Assembly: GCA_963843845.1 (NCBI GenBank)
Contig: CAWJMB010000005.1
Span: 32,001-96,000 of the forward strand
Length of the DNA stretch: 64,000 nucleotides
Reading direction: 5' to 3'
From: an uncultured Gemmatimonadaceae bacterium
GTDB taxonomy: Bacteria; Gemmatimonadota; Gemmatimonadetes; Gemmatimonadales; Gemmatimonadaceae
Below the pieces are notes generated by a model. The model was not told where the DNA came from and searched no databases. It saw nothing but the letters and a program-made list of their open reading frames with translations. The translations under genes and the position numbers were made by a program. Positions 42,918 through 52,300 of this stretch are shown in pieces (the stretch's first letter is position 1; each line of letters begins with the position of its first letter).

Positions 42918-43619
42918 CTACCGCCGCCGCCCCGCGGCACCGCGACCAGGCCCACCCCGCAGCATCTCCCACGCAGTCGCCTGCTGATCCGCCGTCAGCA
43001 CGGCGATCGCGTCGCGCAGCTCCGCATGCGACTGATCGCGCAGCCGCTGGACCTCGGCGGCGTTCAACATCGGCGGCACGGCAGGGCGCGGCAGGCGGGT
43101 GGCGCGAGGCGTCGCGCCAGGCATCCCGTCGGGCGCTCCGTTCGGTGCCTGCGGCCGATTCGCCGCACGCATCGAGTCGACACGTGCTCGCAGCGCCGTA
43201 CGCCGATCGCCAGCCCGGCGCGCGATCGCGGCAAGACGGGTGACCTGCTGATCGGTCAGCTTGAGGTCGCCGGTGTGCGCGAGAAAGTGCGACGCCGGAT
43301 CACCGCCGGCACCCGGCCCGCCGGCACCCGGCCCACCGGCTCGCCCCGGCCCACCGGTCCGACCTGGCCCAGCCATGCCGCGCTCCATCCTGCGACCGAA
43401 CCCCTGCGGAACGGCGCCCCGTGAGCCGCCGAGTGCCTGGCGACGGTCGCCGCGAGTGTCCCGAATGCCGCGAGCGTCGCGCGATGGAGGGCCACGCCGG
43501 CCGGCGAGCGGCGGACGGGCCGTGTCCGTCGGCGCGGCGGGCGGCTGCGCCGCGAGAACGGAAGGCGCCGTCGCGACGGCGCCGGCGAGCGCGAGAGCGA
43601 GCGAGAGACGTGACGTCAT
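42918..43619 (-). CDS. Spy/CpxP-like periplasmic protein
   Basis: Signal peptide, Gly/Pro-rich linker, LKLTDQQ and VLTADQQ (LTxxQ motifs). Confidence 0.65.
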   Translation of the reverse strand: MTSRLSLALALAGAVATAPSVLAAQPPAAPTDTARPPLAGRRGPPSRDARGIRDTRGDRRQALGGSRGAVPQGFGRRMERGMAGPGRTGGPGRAGGPGAGGPGAGGDPASHFLAHTGDLKLTDQQVTRLAAIARRAGDRRTALRARVDSMRAANRPQAPNGAPDGMPGATPRATRLPRPAVPPMLNAAEVQRLRDQSHAELRDAIAVLTADQQATAWEMLRGGPGRGAAGRRR

Positions 43620-43713
43620 CGAAAGGCTCCGGATGAAAGTCGGCGGCGCATCATCGCGCCGCCGAATCAACTGACACCAGAGCACTCCGCCGCATTCCAT
43701 CGCTACGCGTTCC

Positions 43714-44454
43714 TCACTCGTGCCGACGCCGCTCGCGCCGGTCTCGCACCACCAGGCCGGCGACACCGAACGCGCCGGTGGCGACGAGGAAGAGCGTGTT
43801 CGGCTCCGGGACGGCGACGAGCGGCGTGCTGGTCATCGCGATGAACTCCTGGCGCCCCCCCGTCGCGCGACCGGCCGCTGCGACGTCGGTGATCAGCCAG
43901 GCGCGCGACATGTCGACCGCGTCGTAGTGCACCCCGGCTTCGTCGAACGCGGCGAAGCCGACCGACGCGGCGCGGTCGGCGAGCGCGAGGTACTCGTTCG
44001 ACTGCCCGAACTCTGGCGCGGCGGCTGGCGTGAACAGATTCCAGATCGCGTAGTGCACCGGCCCCCATCCTTCCGCCGTCCGAGGCTTCGTGCTGAACAG
44101 GCTGCCGAGCCACGCCGCCTTGCGGTAGGTGAGCATGGCGCCCGGATGGCGCGACTCCGACAGATCATCGGCGCCGCCGAGTCCGTTCACGGAGACCGCG
44201 TACTGATCGCCGTAGTTGATGTGGTTCACGAAGTCGATGCAGATCACCGCGATCGTCTGCGACTGCCCGACGGCGTTCACGAACGACGCGCCGCCGTACG
44301 GCCCGACGTAGTTCCCTCCCGCGACGGGGTTGTTCAGGCTGTTCGCGAACGTCAACGTGCCCTGCGCGCGAACGGCGGGAGCGAGCGCGGCGAGGGCGAG
44401 CAGCGTCGCGGCAGTGCGCCGCCACGGAGAGGAGCCGAACGGAGAGACACGCAT
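43714..44454 (-). CDS. PEP-CTERM sorting domain protein
   Basis: Signal peptide, ICIDF, C-terminal VPEPNT + TM + RDRRERRR. Confidence 0.85.
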   Translation of the reverse strand: MRVSPFGSSPWRRTAATLLALAALAPAVRAQGTLTFANSLNNPVAGGNYVGPYGGASFVNAVGQSQTIAVICIDFVNHINYGDQYAVSVNGLGGADDLSESRHPGAMLTYRKAAWLGSLFSTKPRTAEGWGPVHYAIWNLFTPAAAPEFGQSNEYLALADRAASVGFAAFDEAGVHYDAVDMSRAWLITDVAAAGRATGGRQEFIAMTSTPLVAVPEPNTLFLVATGAFGVAGLVVRDRRERRRHE

Positions 44455-44529
44455 GCGAGTGGTGCGGTGAGGGTCGGAGGATCGCCCCCGAAGTCTCGAC
44501 GCCGCCCCACCAACACTTCACCTTCCTGC

Positions 44530-45057
44530 ATGCCACGCACTCGGCGCGCGCCGACGCCCGGCCGTCTCGTCATCCGCCTCCAGAAGGGGGCGGACGGCTC
44601 GGCGGCGCTGACCTGTACGCGCGCTGACGGGTCGGTGACGTGGCAGCGACAGACCGGCGCCCAGGCGCGCTTCTTTCCCCGCCACGACCTCACGCACTAC
44701 GCCGTCGAGACGGAGCTCGCGCACCGTCGCGGCTTCTATGGCCTCGTCGCCGAGGGGTGGAACGTCACCGACTTCGGCGCGCCGTGGCCGCGTGGCCCCA
44801 TCCCTCCGGACGCCGAGCCGGCGGAGCTGATCGTCGGCTTTCTCGACGGCGAGCGCGCGGGCGGCGTGCAGTGGAGCGCCGCCGAGCTGAACGACGAGAT
44901 CGCGCTGAACCACGAGACACACGGCACGTTCGCGCGTGCGACCGTCACCGACGACGAGCTCGCCCGCATCCGGGCGCGCATGCGCGAGCTGTTCGCGCGC
45001 TGGGACGCAGTGCTGCCAGGCGAGGCGCTGGAGTTGTCGTTCGACGTGCACCGCTGA
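44530..45057 (+). CDS. Conserved hypothetical protein
   Basis: TCTRADGSVTWQ, HDLTHYAVE..GFYGLVAEGW; coding-like codon usage. Confidence 0.7.
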   Translation: MPRTRRAPTPGRLVIRLQKGADGSAALTCTRADGSVTWQRQTGAQARFFPRHDLTHYAVETELAHRRGFYGLVAEGWNVTDFGAPWPRGPIPPDAEPAELIVGFLDGERAGGVQWSAAELNDEIALNHETHGTFARATVTDDELARIRARMRELFARWDAVLPGEALELSFDVHR

Positions 45058-45319
45058 TCCATCCCCAGCTCGCGGCGATCGTCGCCGACTCCAGCGGATG
45101 CAGCGTCGCCTCCGCGCGCTCGCCGCGTCGGCACGCGACGCGGGCGGTACACCGGCGCGACTTCGGCGCGACCCGGTCGGCCGGCTCGTCGCGCGACTCG
45201 CCGGGCCGCTGCCCGGCATCGGCGGCCGGGTGCGCCATTCCGTCTACTCGGCGTTCTCCATCATGCCGCGACACCAGCAGCGCCACCTGGAACAGGCCGA
45301 GGACGCGGTGCGGGCATAG
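45058..45319 (+). pseudogene. Internally deleted DinB-family remnant
   Basis: HPQLAAIVAD N-terminal-like piece and YSAFSIMPRHQQRHLEQAE C-terminal HxxxH helix in different frames, only about 260 bp in total. Confidence 0.45.
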
Positions 45320-45401
45320 CGGTGTCGGGGCGTGTAACTCGCGCGCTGGCGCGGCGTAGGGCTCGTGTACGGCCGCACGACTCACGCTTCACGCCGCTGC
45401 C

Positions 45402-45947
45402 ATGACGAACCTGTCGACCGCACTCGTTCCCGTCACTGCCCCCATCGAGTCGCCGACCTCGGCGCGCGAGGCGCTGGCGGATCGGTTTCTCGCCCGCGTC
45501 TCCGCACTGTCGCCTCGCCAGTGGGGTGAACTCGACGCGATCGGGCAGCGGTTCACGGCGTCCGACCCGATCTCGGTCTGGCAGCGCGCCCGGCGCCTCG
45601 CCGCGTTCGCGGGACGCCTTCCGGCGCTGGAGGACGTGATGACGGTGTTCGGCTTCGTCGGACTCGGCGTGGCCGATCTCGCGACGGCGGCCGGGCTGCG
45701 CGGGCGGACCTCCTACGTCCATCTCCCGACCCCCGCGACGTCGACACCGCCCGAGTCTCGCGCGCTGACCGATCGCATCGAGACGTTGCGCGACATCGCG
45801 ACGCACCAGCCGGGCGGCGCCGGCGAGGCGTTCGACAGTCTCGCGATCGCGCTCGGTGCACTCTGGATGCGCGACCTGCTCCCCGACGCGTCGTTCGCGC
45901 GGCTGTACGCGCTCGTCGAGCCGGTCGTTCCGATCGCGTCGCTCTGA
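45402..45947 (+). CDS. Hypothetical protein
   Basis: Open frame with typical codon usage; no family recognised. Confidence 0.6.
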   Translation: MTNLSTALVPVTAPIESPTSAREALADRFLARVSALSPRQWGELDAIGQRFTASDPISVWQRARRLAAFAGRLPALEDVMTVFGFVGLGVADLATAAGLRGRTSYVHLPTPATSTPPESRALTDRIETLRDIATHQPGGAGEAFDSLAIALGALWMRDLLPDASFARLYALVEPVVPIASL

Positions 45948-45953
45948 CGCTCG

Positions 45954-46319
45954 CTACCGCCGCATCGACACGTTCACCACGTTCCGACCGACGTTCCACT
46001 CGATGAGCGACGCCGTCGCGAGCACGAACTCGCGCGATGTCGACGCCGCGCCGCTCCCGGCCTCCGCGATCAGTCGGTGTGGATCGGTCCCCGCCCCGAC
46101 CTCGAAGCGAAGCTCCTGCGTCTTCGACGCCTCGATGACGCCGAGCGTGCGGCGTGCCCCGGACGCCGGGATGAGCGAGATCGTCAGCTGCACCGCGGGA
46201 ACGAAGTTGTTCGTCACGCGCAGCGTCGCCATCGGCGGCGCCGACTTTCCGCCGCGGCACCCGACGAGCGCGAACGACACCAGTGCGCCGAGTACGGCGC
46301 GGCGAGCGAGGGACGTCAT
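45954..46319 (-). CDS. Small lipoprotein
   Basis: AGGAG RBS, signal peptide with LVGC lipobox, beta-rich mature part. Confidence 0.7.
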   Translation of the reverse strand: MTSLARRAVLGALVSFALVGCRGGKSAPPMATLRVTNNFVPAVQLTISLIPASGARRTLGVIEASKTQELRFEVGAGTDPHRLIAEAGSGAASTSREFVLATASLIEWNVGRNVVNVSMRR

Positions 46320-46375
46320 GATTCTCCTTCGTGCAGGGGGGATGTGCCTCGAATCCGCTGTGCCAAGAACTGTAC

Positions 46376-48489
46376 CTACACCGGGTTCGTCTCGAGCGCC
46401 TCGGTCGCCGCCGTCCACTCCTCGAGCGCCGCGTCGAGCGACGCTTTCGCCGCGTCGAGTGCGCGCCCCATCTCGCTCGCCTTCTGCACGCCGTCGGGCG
46501 TGCCGTAGAGCGCGGGGTCGTCGAGCGCGGTCGTGAGCTCGGCCACCTTCGCCTCGAGCTCGGCGACGCGCTCTCTCGCTCTGCTCACGCGCTTCTGCGC
46601 CTCGCGCGACGAACGGCGGTGGTCGCGCTCGGCGCCGCGCTTATCGTTCGTCGCCGCCGACGCGTTCGCGCTCGGCGCGGGCTTCGCTCCCTGCGCCGGC
46701 TTCGCCTGCTTCGCCGCCTGCGCCGCCGCGTCGCGGCGCGTGCGCTCCATCCGCTCGCGCTCCTTCACGCGCCGCAGCGCCTCCTCCTCCGCGGCGTGCA
46801 CCGCCGCCGCGTGCTCGCGCTCACGCGACGCGACCTCCCACTCCTCGAACGAGCCGTCGAACACGGTGACGCGCCGCTCGTGAAGCACCCACACCTGCGT
46901 CGCGAGCGCGCGGAGCAGCGCGCGGTCGTGGCTCACGAGCAGCACGGTCCCTTCGTAGTCCGTCGAGCGCGTCCTCGAGCGCCTCGATGCTCTCGACGTC
47001 GAGGTGGTTCGTCGGCTCGTCGAGCACGAGGAAGTTCGCGCGCTGCAGCATCATCACCGCGAGCGCGACGCGCGCCCGCTCGCCGCCGGAGAGCGTGCCG
47101 ACCGCCGCTGCACCTCGTCGCCCGAGAAGCCGAAGCGGCCGAGGTGCCCCTGGACGAGGCGGCGCTCCCACGTCGGGCGCAGGTCGGAGATGACGTCGTA
47201 GATGTTGCGGTCGAGCGGAAGCTGCGACGAGGTTCTGACTGTAGTACGCGGTGCGGATCGAGTCGCCGACCTGCACGACGGCCGCCTAACGGACCGGTCT
47301 CGCCGACGATCGCCTTCAGCAGCGTCGACTTGCCCGCGCCGTTCGGCCCGATGAAGCCGACGACCTCGCCGCGCGTGAGCCGCGACGTGAAGTTCTCGAT
47401 GAGCACCGCGGATCGGGGATCGGGATCGGGGATCGGTGCGTCGACCGTCCCGATCCCGATCCCCGATCCCCGGCTACCGGCACTCCGACGCTCGCCTTCT
47501 CCGCCACGACGACCTGGTCGCCGCCGCGGTCAGCGATCTCGAGCCGCAGCGCCATCACGTCGCGTCGTCGCCGATCGGCGTGCTGAGTCGCGGCAGTCGC
47601 GCGAGCTTCTTGCGCCGCCCCTTCGCCTGCTTCGTGTTCTGGCCGGCGAGGTTGCGGCGGATGTAGTCCTCCTCCGCGGCGATGACCTTCTGCTGCTTGT
47701 CGAACTGGCGCTGCTGCGCGAGGCGGCGCTCCTCGCGCTGCGCGACGAACGCGCTCGTAGCCGCCGGCGTAGGGCGTCGCGCTCCCTCCCTCGAAGTGCA
47801 GCACGTGGTCGACGACGGCGCCGAGGAACGCGCGGTCGTGGCTGACGAGGACGACGGTGCGCTCGGTCTGCTTGCAGCCACCCCTCGAGCCAGCGCGTCG
47901 TCTCGAGGTCGAGGTGGTTCGTCGGCTCGTCGAGGAGCAGCACTTCGCCGGGGAGCACGAGCTGGCGCGCGAGACCGACGCGCCCGCGCTCGCCGCCCGA
48001 GAGGGTGGACAGGAGACGCGTCTTCGCGTACGTCCGGGTCGAAGCCGAGTCCGTCGAGCACGGCGTCGACGCGCGCGGCGTACGTATAGCCGCCTTCGCG
48101 CTCGAAGCGCTCGAGGTCGCGACCGTACTTCTCCATCGCCGCGTCGCTCGTAGCTGTGCGCGAGTGCGTCGGCCTGCGCGGCGAGCGACCGCTCGAGCGC
48201 GAGCAGCTCGCGTGAACGCGCCGGCGACGCCCTCCCACACCGTCGTCACACCGGCGCCGAAGTCACGATGCTGCTCGAGCAGCGTGACGCGGACGCCGGG
48301 CTGCCGCACGACCTGGCCGCGCGTCGGCGACAGCTCGCCGGTGAGGAGCTTGAACAGCGTCGTCTTGCCGGTGCCGTTGCGGCCGATGACGCCCCAGCGA
48401 TCGCCGGCGGCGATCGTGAACGTGATGTCGCGAAAGAGCGTCGTCGCGCCGAAATCGACGGCGGCGTTGGAGACGGCGAGCTGGGTCAT
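46376..48489 (-). CDS. ABC-F family ATPase (Uup-like; many indels)
   Basis: [24 protein letters not shown]; second cassette [25 protein letters not shown]-terminal coiled coil. Confidence 0.92.
47410..47472. repeat. Inverted GGGGATC heptamer arrays inside the ABC-F coding sequence
   Basis: GGATCGGGGATCGGGATCGGGGATCGG...CCGATCCCGATCCCCGATCCCCG. Confidence 0.8.
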
Positions 48490-48507
48490 CGAGACAAACT
48501 AAACGAC

Positions 48508-48566
48508 CGGGGATCGGGGTTCGGGGATCGCCCGTCGATCCCCCCGATCCCCGATCCCCGATCTCC
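48508..48566. repeat. Inverted GGGGATC heptamer arrays upstream of ABC-F
   Basis: GGGGATC-GGGGTTC-GGGGATC...GATCCCC-GATCCCC-GATCTCC. Confidence 0.8.
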
Positions 48567-48577
48567 TGCCGTTCCCG

Positions 48578-49003
48578 CTACTTCGCGTTCGGCGCCGGCG
48601 TCGTCACCGGATTCGGATTCACGTTCACCCCGCGCTTGCGCAGCTCGTCGATGACGAGGCGGGCGTTCGCGTTGCCGGCGTTCGCGAGGCGCTGCGTCGA
48701 CGCGGCGAGCGCGTCGAGGTTCGCGCGGACGCGAGTCGCGGCGTCGACCTGCGCCTGTTGTGCGATGCGGGCGTCGGTGAACTGCGTGCGCTCGCGAACG
48801 AGCTGCACGGTCTGGAAGCAGAGCCAGCTCACGAGGGCGATCGCGAGGAGGAGCAGCGGCAGGAACGGCGAGTGCGTGCCCTGCCCACCGTCTCCGGCCG
48901 GCGTGCGGCTCAGCCCCGGGCGCGGCGCCTCTGAGGTCGGCCGGATCGGTGTGCGCGGCTCCGGACGCTGGTCGGCGTCGCGGTCGATCAGTGACGCGCT
49001 CAC
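48578..49003 (-). CDS. Small membrane-anchored coiled-coil protein
   Basis: TM helix, coiled coil, C-terminal IDELRKRGVNVNP; GTGA overlap with the upstream gene. Confidence 0.7.
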   Translation of the reverse strand: MSASLIDRDADQRPEPRTPIRPTSEAPRPGLSRTPAGDGGQGTHSPFLPLLLLAIALVSWLCFQTVQLVRERTQFTDARIAQQAQVDAATRVRANLDALAASTQRLANAGNANARLVIDELRKRGVNVNPNPVTTPAPNAK

Positions 49004-49335
49004 GGCCGGACCGGGCTCGTGGGCGCGCTCGGCGCGGCCGGCGCGGCCGGCGCGGCCGACGCATTGGGCTTCACGGTCACGCCGTTCGCGGCGAGCATCT
49101 CGAGCATCTGCTGGTCGCCGTCGCGGAGCGCGAGGCCGGCCAGGTTGCGCGCGATGTCACGCTGCAGCGCCTCGAGCGGCACCGTCTGCTGCACCATCGC
49201 GGCGCGCTCGGCGACCTCCTGCTGCACCGTGCGGTTGGCGGCGAACAGCACGCTGTTGGCGGCGACGAGCAGCACCGACACGCCGCCGAGCGCGGTCAGT
49301 GAGATGAACTGCGGGCGAGTGAGCGAGTGAGCCAT
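49000..49335 (-). CDS. Small membrane-anchored coiled-coil protein
   Basis: TM helix, coiled coil, C-terminal LEMLAANGVTVKP. Confidence 0.7.
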   Translation of the reverse strand: MAHSLTRPQFISLTALGGVSVLLVAANSVLFAANRTVQQEVAERAAMVQQTVPLEALQRDIARNLAGLALRDGDQQMLEMLAANGVTVKPNASAAPAAPAAPSAPTSPVRP

Positions 49336-49395
49336 GATCGTGGCGTCGGATCGAGAGAACGAGAGCGACGAGGAGAATGCTATCGTAGCCGACGC

Positions 49396-52300
49396 TCAGC
49401 CGACGACTGTCGTCACGCCAGGGGTTCCCCGGCGCCGGCGGCGAACCAGCACGCCGACCCCGACGAGCCCCGCACCGAACATCGTCCATGTCGACGGCTC
49501 CGGGACCGCACTGACCGCGCCCGTGGTGATCGTGCCGCGGACGCTGAGCGTGATCGGGTCGAGCGCGCCCAGGTAGCCGCTCGCGTTCGTGCCGAAGTTG
49601 GTCAGCGTCACCGACCCGGTGAACGCGCCGAGCGTGGACGTGTCGAACGTGATGCCCAGCCCGCCGAGGCGGGCGCCCGCGGCGAGGTTCGAGAATGCGT
49701 CGAAGCCGAAGAACGAGAAGCCGGTGCCGCTCGTGAGGAACGAGCCGTTCAGCAGGTCGGCGAAGCCGGCCGCGACGTTGTCGACCGCGAGGTTCGCCGT
49801 CGTCGCGCCGGCGCCCGTCGTGATCGTGCCGAAGTCGAGCAGGAAGGCGTTCGCGCCGGTCATCGAGAACGCGCCGGCGCCGCCGGTCTTCGCGAAGGCG
49901 CCCTGCGCGAAGTCGTTGACCTGGCCGGTCAGCGTCACGTTCGTGCTGCCCAGCGAGCGGTCGGCGAGGTCCGGGTTCCGGCTCACGAGCGCGACTGCCG
50001 CGGTGCCGGAGAACTGGCCGTTCGTCGACGTGTTGAGCGTCGCCTGGAGACTCGTGTTGTCGCTCGTCCCGGCCGCGATCCCGCCGGTCGTTCCCGCCGT
50101 GGAGAACGCGGGGCCGCCGCCCGACACGGCCGCGACGAGCACGTCGTTCAGCGTGGCGATCGGGGCCACGTTCGTCACGCCGATGCCGCGCGTCGCGAGG
50201 TCGCCGACGTGCACGATCCCGAAGTCGACGGTCGCCGTCACGTCGGCGACGGCGGGAGCGTAGACTCGGCCGGCGAGCGCGACGTTCGTCGAGGCGACAT
50301 CGACGTCGGGTGCGCCGGTCGTGCCGACGCCGGTCGAGACGGCGCCGACCGTCGCCGTGCCGGCGTACGTGCCGGCGGTGGCCGTGTTCAGCCCGACCGA
50401 GAGCGCGGTGCTCGTGCCCTGGGCGGCGAGGGCGGTCACGCTCCCCGACGTCGTGAAGCCCGTCGGCGCGGCGCCGGTGAACGACGCGTTCAGCGCCTCG
50501 GTGAACGCATCCGGCGAGCTGTTCGTGATCGAGAGCGCCCGCGTCGGCGCCGCGTCGCCGACCCGCGCGGCGAGCGTCACCGACGTCGGCGTGACGCTCG
50601 GGTTCGCGAGGCGGTAGACGGCGCCGGTGACGGTCACGTTCTGCGACGGGAGCGTCAGCTGACAGTTGGGTGCGCACCCGCCGATGTTGCTCGCGTCGGA
50701 GACGAGCGAGACGGTCGCGGTGCCGCTCACCGCGCCGGCCGTGCTCGTGTTCAGGCCGACGGTGAGGCTCGACGCGTTCGTGGCGCCAGGAGCGAGGAGC
50801 GAGATGCTGCCGCTGCCGGTGACCGGCGCGGTGCCGCTGATCGTCGCGTTCAGCGCCGCCTGCTGATTGCCGGTCGCCTGATTCGTGATGCTGACCGCCC
50901 CCGTCGGCGACGCCGCGCCGAGTCGGACGTTGCCGAGGGCGATGGTCGGCGTGTTGATGACCGGCGCGGCCTGATCGACGACGTTGGCGGCGGCCTCGAT
51001 GGTGCCGTTCACGCCGTACGTCGTTCCGCCGATGGCGAGCGTGCCGAGGCCGTTGCTGACCCCGTTGACGGTGCCGGCGCTCGTGTAGTTGATCGCGATG
51101 GTGCCGGCGACCGTGCCGGCGGTGGCGGTGTTCACGCCGACCGTGAGCCCGCCGCTCGTGGCGCCGGCGGCGAGGCCGGTGATCGCGCCGCTGCCGGTGA
51201 TGCGGCTGGCGCCGGTGCCGGACGCCGCGCCGAAGCCGACATTCAGATCCTCGACGAAGCCGGCGGGGCCGGTCGCGCTGTTCGTGAACGACAGGTTCTG
51301 CGTGACGACCTGTCCGACCTGCACGGTGCCGAAGTCGAGCGCCGGGGTGTTGAGTTGGCCTTGCGCGACGACGTACGCGCCGGCGCCACTGCCGACGACG
51401 ATGTTGAGCTTCTGGTCCGCGATGTTCTCGTAGGTGCTGCGGAGGTTCACCGTCTGCCCGCTGAGCGGCGCGATGGCGCCGGCCGTACTGGTCGTGAACG
51501 TGACCTCGTACGGGCCGGCGGAGCCGCCGACCGGGGCCGGGCCGTAGAGACCGGGCGTCACGCCGCTGCCGGAGAGGCGGCTGTCGGAGATGTTGCCGCC
51601 GTTCACCGCCGTCTGGATCGCGCCGCGAAGCGCGGGGCCGGTCGTGCCGCCGTTGTCGATCGTGTACGTGTAGGTCGTGCCACCGACGCGCACGTTGCCG
51701 ATCGTCAGCGTCGCCGCGTTCGTCGTGCCGTTCGTGACGGTCGCGCCCGAGATCTCCTGCACGACGTCGCCGCCGGCGAGCACCTGCCCGCTGCCGGTGA
51801 TCCCCGCGCGGCGGTTGAAGCTGTTGCCGCTGCCGGCGGAGGCGTTCGTGTAGTCGGTGGAGAGCGTGATGTTGCGCGTGCCGTTGTTCACCGTCGCGCC
51901 GCTGCCGCCGATGGCGAGCGTGCCCTGCGAGACCGACGAGCCACCCGTGAGGTTCACCGTGCCCGCCGCGTCGACCTGCAGCGTGCCGGTGCCGGTGAGC
52001 GGCGTCTGCACGGTCAGCGTGCCGTTCTGGGCGCGGAGGAGGCCGTCGTTCGTGATGGCCGATTGCGTGATCGTGACGAGCCCGCCGCCGTCGGAGGCGA
52101 TCGTGCCGGTATTGACGAGCGTCTGCGTGCCGCCGACGAACACCTGGGTCCCGATCGTGCCGTTCGTGCCGCGGATCGTGACGTTCGGGCCGATCGTCGT
52201 GGTGCCGATCCCTTCGAGCGTGATGCGGTTGCTCGCGCCCGTGGTGCCGAGCACGATCTCGCCGGTGCCACCGATCGTCTGCGTGCCCTGCAGCGCGAGC

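Noticed and set aside
31494..48566. CRISPR array from the short repeats
   Set aside because: The units are 7-14 bp, inverted and dispersed, with no regular repeat-spacer pattern and no cas genes.
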